From: a virus
Length of the DNA: 64,000 nt
IMG/VR virus record: IMGVR_UViG_3300020045_004291
Span: 28,472-92,471 of that record
Reading direction: 5' to 3' (one strand)
Shown piece after piece: positions 57,765 through 64,000 of this stretch. How positions within the stretch are numbered: position 1 is the first letter of the stretch; each line of letters begins with the position of its first letter. The notes below the pieces were generated by a model that had not been told where the DNA came from, ran no database searches, and was given only the letters and a program-made list of their open reading frames with translations. A program made the position numbers and the translations under genes.

Positions 57765-58493
57765 TTAGCCTCGCAATATGTCATTTAAAGACGGCGGGGG
57801 CTGTACAGCGCTGCCAGTAGACCGGCCAGACTGCGCGCCCGCCAACGATGCGGGAAACTGTTGGGAGACCGGGGCTTGTGCTTGCGCTTGTTGCGTAAGT
57901 TCCGCTCTGATCTTTTCAGTTAAACGAGCCTCAAGTGTCGCCACATCTGTTGCGCCGAGTTCCTGCATCATTTTGTGGCTTTTGGCGATTTGATACGCCT
58001 TATTCCACGGATGCGGGTCTGCCTGACATTGCTGTTTCAGTGATGGGTTTTGATCCATCAAAGACAAGAATGTGTTTTTCATGTCTTCAAAATCTGGATG
58101 CGCTTGACGGGCAAGCATTTCCGACATTTCGACACGCGCGTTTAGTGTGGCTTCCTGAACGGCCTGACTTACAACATTGTTGCCGAAATTGTTTTGCCAT
58201 CCCTGTTCATCCTCAAAGATAGACGGGGGCGGTTCTGCAATGGCGGCGGCTTCAAATGCGGCAAGACGTGCCTCTGCCTCTTGGCGGCGGCGGCGTTCAG
58301 CAATGAGGGCGGGGTGTTCAAGGTCTGGCTGACGCTGTTCGACGGGCGCAGGCGACGCGCTCTCTGTTTCGCCCTTCGGTGCAAACTTGCCGGTTTCGTC
58401 GCGTGGCTGTGCGGGTTCCTCAACCTGCTCAACTGTTGATTCTTCGGCTTGTTCAAACGGTTCGTCAGATAAAATATCGTCAAGAGTAGACAT
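57765..58493 (-). CDS. Scaffolding protein
   Basis: LDDIL..RDETGKFA..AERRRRQ..LNDIL. Confidence 0.8.
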   Translation of the reverse strand: MSTLDDILSDEPFEQAEESTVEQVEEPAQPRDETGKFAPKGETESASPAPVEQRQPDLEHPALIAERRRRQEAEARLAAFEAAAIAEPPPSIFEDEQGWQNNFGNNVVSQAVQEATLNARVEMSEMLARQAHPDFEDMKNTFLSLMDQNPSLKQQCQADPHPWNKAYQIAKSHKMMQELGATDVATLEARLTEKIRAELTQQAQAQAPVSQQFPASLAGAQSGRSTGSAVQPPPSLNDILRG

Positions 58494-58510
58494 GTGTAAC
58501 AATCCCTATA

Positions 58511-58563
58511 CGCCCGAAACGGCGGCGACCCGTTTAACGCCCGTGAAACCCCGGCGACGGGTT
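58511..58563 (-). promoter_or_regulatory. Tandem hairpin/pseudoknot leader of the scaffold gene
   Basis: Two units of stem-GTCGCCG-stem followed by GGGCG. Confidence 0.6.
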
Positions 58564-58574
58564 AGCAGTGTGAC

Positions 58575-60437
58575 CTATTGGACACCCTGAAACTGTGGTG
58601 GTGGCATTTGCTCAGGCGCACCAACGGGCGCAGCGGCTGGCAATTGCACACCGGCTTTAACACCCTCAAAGAGGGGTTTTAACTGTTCATTTCTCGTTTG
58701 CGCGGCAAGCTTCGCGGTCTCTGCTTCGGTCTTATTAACCTCAGCCACAGCCCCGCGCATCTGCACTTCCTGCATGGGGTTTGGTTGTGACGCGCCTTGC
58801 TTATCTTTCTCGATAAGCTGTAAAATCTTCTCTTTGTTGCGCAGACCAGACGCCTCAACCATCATTTCAAACATTAATGGAATCTTGTCTGGTGGCGTGA
58901 TAGGCGCAAGCTTAGTCAATTGCTCAAACTGCTCAATCTGCAATGTGGCCGTATCCACAACCTCATCCATGTTAATATCAACATCCATCTCAGCAACTGA
59001 GTTCATCTTCTCAGCCATAGTCGGGTCGCTCATGATTTGCATTTCGTATTGCGCAGCGGTCTGCTCATCAAGCTGACCAGCCTTGACAGCATCCGCCAAT
59101 TTACTCATGGCGGCATGACCCTTGGTGATATTCATACCCACAAAGCGCACATTTTTTTCATCGTCGGTGACGCGCACCCAACGCTCTGCCGTCCACACCT
59201 GACGTATGCGATTCCATATTGCCCGATAAACACGCACATTAAAATGGCGCAACGCATCCAGCATTGGGGCCATTTCCGTCATGCCGCCTTGCTGCAAAGC
59301 CAGAATAGCGCGCCCTGATTGGTCTTGGCCAGACTTACCTTGCATGGTGGCGTTTGGGCCTGTGGCCTGAATTGCCGCCTTGGCCTCTGCCAGCAGATTA
59401 AAATGACCCGCAGCCAGATCGCCCTGACTAATTATCTCAATCTCCCCAGGATCAGCAACAATCACAGCGTCGGGTTGCGCCATCTGTGTTTTAATGCGCG
59501 CCTCGTCCGTCTGCATGGCGCGGCTAATGCGGTATTGACGCGTGTTTGACAAATGCAGGAATTTAGACCGGCGCTTGTTAACCTCGTCCTGAAGCGTGAT
59601 AAAGTCTCGCACAATCCCATAGCGGTCGTTGTCACGGTCAACATTTGCAGACTGCAATATCAGCGCGCAATCCGGGCGACCCTCCTCGTCCATGTAGGGC
59701 GATGGCGCATATGGCTCTAACTCACCTGCCAGCGTGAACACGGCACGATACCACCCGCCATCACCCACGCAATACATGGTGACAATGCGCACACGCTTAC
59801 GCTTGGAATCAGCCCAATACGTCCATTTAGGCTTATCCTCATAGGTATCATATGCTGACCCCGTGGGCTTGGCTATTGTGGCGTCAATTACGTCCTTAGC
59901 CTCTGGCCAGCGACGCTTTGCTGTTGATGCGTCCATCCATGTGATAAATCCCACATATTGCGCGTCTGAAAAATCAGGGGATGAACTGTGTGGATCATAA
60001 AAAATGCGATCCCACGGGATATATTCAACAGATGGATCGTATTGATTGCGGACTTGCTTAACTATAACCTCAACGCCGCCTACACCCTCAACCATCATGT
60101 TGTTAAACACCCATGATCGTTTAATAGCAAAGTTTTGGTCTTCGCAGACGTACCTCAAGGCGTCCGTGGCGGCGTTAGCGTCGTCTTCGTGCTTGGCAGT
60201 GCGCGGATACGCCTTTGGGTCTGTACGCCCCTGACGCTCAAGCCCACACAGATAATCAATCTTGGGGCGTATCAGGTTCTCAATGACAATGGGCTGCTTG
60301 CGACGGTTCAGCGCCTTGATTTGCGTGTCAGTTAACTGTTTACCGTCAACATAGTCGCGTGCTTTTTCAGCTTCGGCCCGCGCATTGACGGTTGCCTCTT
60401 CGGATTCCTCGAATTTGCGCACGAGATCAGTCAGCAT
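58575..60437 (-). CDS. Portal protein (P22-like), divergent from portal A
   Basis: YVDGKQ..P...N.IRP.ID...G; DPHS..DFSDA; QDEVNKRRSK; SGRAI..QQ. Confidence 0.88.
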   Translation of the reverse strand: MLTDLVRKFEESEEATVNARAEAEKARDYVDGKQLTDTQIKALNRRKQPIVIENLIRPKIDYLCGLERQGRTDPKAYPRTAKHEDDANAATDALRYVCEDQNFAIKRSWVFNNMMVEGVGGVEVIVKQVRNQYDPSVEYIPWDRIFYDPHSSSPDFSDAQYVGFITWMDASTAKRRWPEAKDVIDATIAKPTGSAYDTYEDKPKWTYWADSKRKRVRIVTMYCVGDGGWYRAVFTLAGELEPYAPSPYMDEEGRPDCALILQSANVDRDNDRYGIVRDFITLQDEVNKRRSKFLHLSNTRQYRISRAMQTDEARIKTQMAQPDAVIVADPGEIEIISQGDLAAGHFNLLAEAKAAIQATGPNATMQGKSGQDQSGRAILALQQGGMTEMAPMLDALRHFNVRVYRAIWNRIRQVWTAERWVRVTDDEKNVRFVGMNITKGHAAMSKLADAVKAGQLDEQTAAQYEMQIMSDPTMAEKMNSVAEMDVDINMDEVVDTATLQIEQFEQLTKLAPITPPDKIPLMFEMMVEASGLRNKEKILQLIEKDKQGASQPNPMQEVQMRGAVAEVNKTEAETAKLAAQTRNEQLKPLFEGVKAGVQLPAAAPVGAPEQMPPPQFQGVQ

Positions 60438-60467
60438 GTTACACCATTGTCCGCATATGTTGCATAA

Positions 60468-61895
60468 TTACACGGTTGTCCAGTCGTTGTCCATAGGCTC
60501 ATTTATGGCGTAGTCCTGCCGCCTGGTGTTTATTTGTGGCGTTCGCACTATTGCAGGGTGCGCCTGATCAATAACGCGCCCCATGAGCGTAGCCGTGTCA
60601 ACATCATCGTCGTGTTTACCAGCGGGGAAACTTAGAAACTCTGACAGGTCAGCCCCGGTCTCCATAAAAACCTTACCCATTGACGCCATGGCCTGAAATG
60701 ATCTTGCCCGTGTGGGTTTGTCGTGTATGGACGACACCCATTCAAGACGGCAAAAAACACGGCGCTCCATCATGCGGCGCTTTAGCATTGGTTCTACGGC
60801 CTTTTGGATAACGCCACCCTCTCCAAACCACGCGAGGGGCTTGTGCTTGGCCATCAGGTTCAGTTTCTCTTCGATCCACACATCAGCAGACGTCTGACCG
60901 CGCCATCCGTCAAGTCTATATATGTTGCCCTGTGGACACACCCCCCAAACACGATGCACGGTGTAATCGCCGCCGTTGTCTGTCACGGCATAATCAGACG
61001 TGCCATATATCGCCAGATTGGCGGGCCGGATTGTCCACTTCTTAAACCAGTCGCGCAGGAAAAACGACCCTTCATCAGGTTGCGGTCTCTGCATGTATAG
61101 CGCAGACCACTCGCGCTGGCCTATGGTGCGTTTAATTTCGTTTAGGCGCTCAATGGGGTATCTCTCAGGCCATAGAGCAATTCCATCGTCGGATATAGCC
61201 GGGAGGCTCAGAACGTCCCATTGATCCGCACCGGTCTCCATCTTGTCTATGAGTTTGCCGCTCAGGTCATCCTCGTGCCAGCGTGTTTGAATAATAACCA
61301 CGCGGCCCCCAGGGCTCAATCTGGTGTACGCTGTTGACCTGTACCACTCCCACACACGACGCCGTGTAGCCTCGCTGTCCGCCTCCTGCCTGTCCTTAAA
61401 CGGGTCATCTATCAGTAGCAGATCAGCGCCCCGGCCTGTTGCAGCAGTACCTACACCAACGGCCCGATATGCGCCGCCGTGTGTTAATCGCCAGCGATCA
61501 GCAGCGCGGTCATCTGATTTCAGACCAACGCCATTAAATACGCGCGAAAATTCCTCAGAGCCGACAATTCCGCGCACCTCCCGTCCAAAATCTGAGGCTA
61601 GATCGCTGTTGTAACTCGCCGCGATAACCTCAAGCGTCGGGTTTTTGCCCATAAACCATGCCGGAAACCGTCTGGATGCCAACTCAGATTTACCATGACG
61701 TGGTGGCATAAATATCATCAGGCGCTTACAGTCGCCACGCTCGACGGCTTCCAATTTTGAGGCGATCAACTCATGATGCGGCGCACTGTCGTAGCTGGGC
61801 AGCGTGTATCTTGTAAACCCCAGCATGGAGTTTTTAGCGTGACGGCGCTTTAATAGTTCAGCCGCCGCCTCTTGTGGCGATAGCTGCAAGCTCAT
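60468..61895 (-). CDS. terL: Terminase large subunit (Terminase_6 type)
   Basis: MPPRHGKS, GRGADLLLIDDP, TRWHEDDL, HDDDVD. Confidence 0.92.
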   Translation of the reverse strand: MSLQLSPQEAAAELLKRRHAKNSMLGFTRYTLPSYDSAPHHELIASKLEAVERGDCKRLMIFMPPRHGKSELASRRFPAWFMGKNPTLEVIAASYNSDLASDFGREVRGIVGSEEFSRVFNGVGLKSDDRAADRWRLTHGGAYRAVGVGTAATGRGADLLLIDDPFKDRQEADSEATRRRVWEWYRSTAYTRLSPGGRVVIIQTRWHEDDLSGKLIDKMETGADQWDVLSLPAISDDGIALWPERYPIERLNEIKRTIGQREWSALYMQRPQPDEGSFFLRDWFKKWTIRPANLAIYGTSDYAVTDNGGDYTVHRVWGVCPQGNIYRLDGWRGQTSADVWIEEKLNLMAKHKPLAWFGEGGVIQKAVEPMLKRRMMERRVFCRLEWVSSIHDKPTRARSFQAMASMGKVFMETGADLSEFLSFPAGKHDDDVDTATLMGRVIDQAHPAIVRTPQINTRRQDYAINEPMDNDWTTV

Positions 61896-62289
61896 CGTCC
61901 GTCATCTCCACAGCACGTTTTACGTTAACAGACATGTCAATGCTGGCAGCCTGTTTATCAACCACCAAGCCATTAAGCTTGGCGTAGTCCATCAGGGCGG
62001 CCCTTGCTACCGATCCAGACGGAGCGTCCTCATTAACCGCAAAGCGATCATGCAATGATGCGAGGCGATTAAGTATATCAGTCTTTCCCCAAACAGCCGA
62101 AGCCTCAGCCTTTCGGTTCATCTCCGCTACGCGCTTGTTAATGCTTGCACTGGCTTGCAGCAACTTTGTGCTCGCCCCCCGTGCACCGTTTGGCGAATAA
62201 CCGGCGTCAATATACGCTTTTTCTTGAGACTTTCCCTCAAAAATCCCCCTCGCGAACGCTTCATGCCGCGAATTTGCCAAGACAGGCAC
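61858..62289 (-). CDS. terS: Terminase small subunit (copy B, different C-terminus)
   Basis: Near-identical to TerS A up to LVVDK, then QAASID..MTDDELAAIA. Confidence 0.88.
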   Translation of the reverse strand: MPVLANSRHEAFARGIFEGKSQEKAYIDAGYSPNGARGASTKLLQASASINKRVAEMNRKAEASAVWGKTDILNRLASLHDRFAVNEDAPSGSVARAALMDYAKLNGLVVDKQAASIDMSVNVKRAVEMTDDELAAIATRGGG

Positions 62290-62353
62290 GTTTTAACCCT
62301 CACAAATGACAAGGCCCCCAGATTACAACACCTGAGGGCTTGCGTCAACAAGC

Positions 62354-62699
62354 CTAAAGCCCCTCCCCAACGGTTATAGTCCGCTTGATGTTGATACAGG
62401 CGATGCGTGGGGGGGGTGTATTGTTTCACCGAATTATCTGCGTCTTGACGGCACCGATATAAGCTCGCACCACCTTTTGCATAAACATTAACCCACACAT
62501 CAACCTCAATCGTTTCTGGTGCTTCTATGAGGTCAAAATCATGGGATATGCCAGACGCCGCAAACCCGCCACATGTATTCCAACGGAAAATATCCCCTCT
62601 GACAATCCCCACAACCGGAAATTCGCCCGGCACATCAACACACAACAAGCGCACCCCTCGCCCGTCCCGCGTTGTATATTTCTTATCCATGCTGATCAT
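62354..62699 (-). pseudogene. Homologue of 25342-25686 with a +1 frameshift in a C8 tract (or a sequencing error)
   Basis: Removing one base from the G run at 62409-62416 restores RIACINIKRTITVGEGL*. Confidence 0.7.
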
Positions 62700-63394
62700 T
62701 TTTGAGTCCCTTCTAAAGCCCATTGTTGAGCCATTGCGGCTGAAATTCCTGGATAGGTCTCAGCCCGTTTAATCCATCTGTCACCGGCTGGTGATTCCTT
62801 GTTCTGCCCGCTGTCAGTCTGATTTGACCACCGCTCAACACCATTAACAAATCGTCCAACAAACCGTTTTGTTCCGCGCAGCTCTGGCAAGTTGTGCAGC
62901 CAAAGGCACGTTCTCTTGCTGGCATCCTCTCCAAATTCATAGGGCTGTATCGTCTGATCTGGCTTGCGCCACAATGTCGATAACATCCCAACGGGATTTT
63001 CTATTGCCCAACTTTTGCACTTGCGTGTCGCCAGTTCAATAAAATCCAGCAGCCACGCAAACTGCTTTGCCTGTTCGTCGCGCCGAGCCTGACCGGTCAG
63101 CGTTCCTGGCTTCACCTTCTGATGATACCCAATTCCTGGATGCTTCACAAAGTCAGGGTCTTTAAACGCCCATGCCGCCGCAACTGTGTAAATCGTGCAG
63201 TCGGGATGAAATATCCCCAGATCGTAATAACCGTCAGGAACACCCATCAAGTGCGCCATTATGTCTCCGGTTATGTGATACGGAGAACCAGACACATCAG
63301 GGAGTAAATCACAAGACCAAGCATCAACTCCAACGGCGCGTAATGCGGCGCGTGTATTGCCACGGCACTCCATGCCTACAATGGCCCGCATCAC
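62696..63394 (-). CDS. Compact C5 DNA cytosine methyltransferase-like protein, unit B only
   Basis: WSCDLLP, HPDCT, IENPVG, IQPYEFG, KRTCLWL, TYPGI. Confidence 0.75.
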   Translation of the reverse strand: MMRAIVGMECRGNTRAALRAVGVDAWSCDLLPDVSGSPYHITGDIMAHLMGVPDGYYDLGIFHPDCTIYTVAAAWAFKDPDFVKHPGIGYHQKVKPGTLTGQARRDEQAKQFAWLLDFIELATRKCKSWAIENPVGMLSTLWRKPDQTIQPYEFGEDASKRTCLWLHNLPELRGTKRFVGRFVNGVERWSNQTDSGQNKESPAGDRWIKRAETYPGISAAMAQQWALEGTQK

Positions 63395-63611
63395 ACGGCC
63401 TCATAATGCGATTTTGCGAAACACTCCTGCGACCCAAAACCTTGCGCACCGACAAGGCCCACCAAAGGGCGGTCTTCGCGATCTTCGATCACCACAAAAG
63501 TCATTAACTCCTCGCCAGCTTCAGGCTTTGAATATTTAACCAATTCGCCCTTTTCGTAAGTCATTTCCGTATTCCCTCAGGTTGTGCGCCTCAGCGCCGT
63601 TTCGATAACCC

Positions 63612-63640
63612 ACACTAACCGAAACGATATTCGGTGTCAA
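63612..63640 (-). promoter_or_regulatory. Sigma70-type promoter (copy B)
   Basis: TTGACA-17-TAGTGT with the same palindromic spacer as A. Confidence 0.8.
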
Positions 63641-63649
63641 CATAAATAA

Positions 63650-63835
63650 TCACACCCCTGCAAACTTTGCGCACTCGATGACATGAACGTCCCGCGCATG
63701 TTCTGCCATGGCCTTAGCTTGCTGTAATAGCATCCGCCCGCCCTCGCATATGGTGAACTCCCCAGCACGACCAGCACGCGCCATGCCAGAGAGAAACACC
63801 ACAGACGATTCAATCTGCTCTTTCGTGTAGGTCAT
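63650..63835 (-). CDS. Hypothetical protein (copy B)
   Basis: Homologue of 26064-26249. Confidence 0.7.
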   Translation of the reverse strand: MTYTKEQIESSVVFLSGMARAGRAGEFTICEGGRMLLQQAKAMAEHARDVHVIECAKFAGV

Positions 63836-63872
63836 TTAGCACCCCCATAAAGGCCATATTATATCAAGGGTA

Positions 63873-64000
63873 GGAAGATCAGTAAAAGGATATTCTTGCC
63901 TTACTATCGCTAGTTCTGGTTTTGTTCCCCTAATAAAATCAATGATATCAATATCTTATATATATAATAGATTAAGATTAGTAAGATCAGTTCAATTTTT
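63873..64000. other. Start of the putative replication origin (copy B)
   Basis: Matches ~26566-26700 apart from a short iteron deletion. Confidence 0.7.

Larger units (their letters stand above)
42042..64000. mobile_element. Phage genome unit B (partial; related to A but with a different virion module)
   Basis: Near-identical ncRNA, lysis cassette, terS core and origin; non-homologous head/tail block at ~45354-61950. Confidence 0.88.

Noticed and set aside
62127-62723. 198-aa ORF as a real long protein overlapping terS
   Set aside because: The extension results from the C8 frameshift; the unit A homologue ends at VGEGL.
1-64000. CRISPR array, tRNA, integrase, IS element or diversity-generating retroelement
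   Set aside because: No regularly spaced repeats, cloverleaf, recombinase/transposase motif or reverse transcriptase seen. The shared fibre tip differs at synonymous sites, not specifically at adenines.

Overview
The window contains only phage sequence. It holds two related but non-identical podovirus-like genomes arranged head-to-tail with an offset of about 42,007 bp. Unit A (about 45-42041) looks complete: lysis, virion, terminase, origin, primase/recombination/helicase, GcrA and DnaA-domain regulators, and early genes, with no integrase seen. Unit B (about 42042 to beyond 64000) is partial. A GcrA-like gene points to an alphaproteobacterial host, possibly Caulobacterales. The two units are nearly identical in a ~400-nt structured non-coding RNA, an antisense membrane-anchored lysozyme, the lysis cassette, the core of the small terminase and the replication origin. 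Between the holin start and the TerS C-terminal tail they carry different virion modules, with different TerL family, portal, scaffold, capsid family, ejection proteins and tailspikes. The main points of interest are: (1) a large phage ncRNA with support from variation between the two copies, coupled to an antisense lysozyme; (2) one TerS/origin chassis with two interchangeable virion modules, which still share a 34-nt capsid terminator and a fibre-tip motif; (3) unannotated, probably leaderless antisense membrane peptides overlapping the last ejection gene in both modules, candidates for cognate superinfection exclusion; (4) a tandem pseudoknot leader upstream of the unit B scaffold gene. All protein calls come from motif recognition and synteny only; no searches were run. 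The tandem arrangement could be an assembly artefact.
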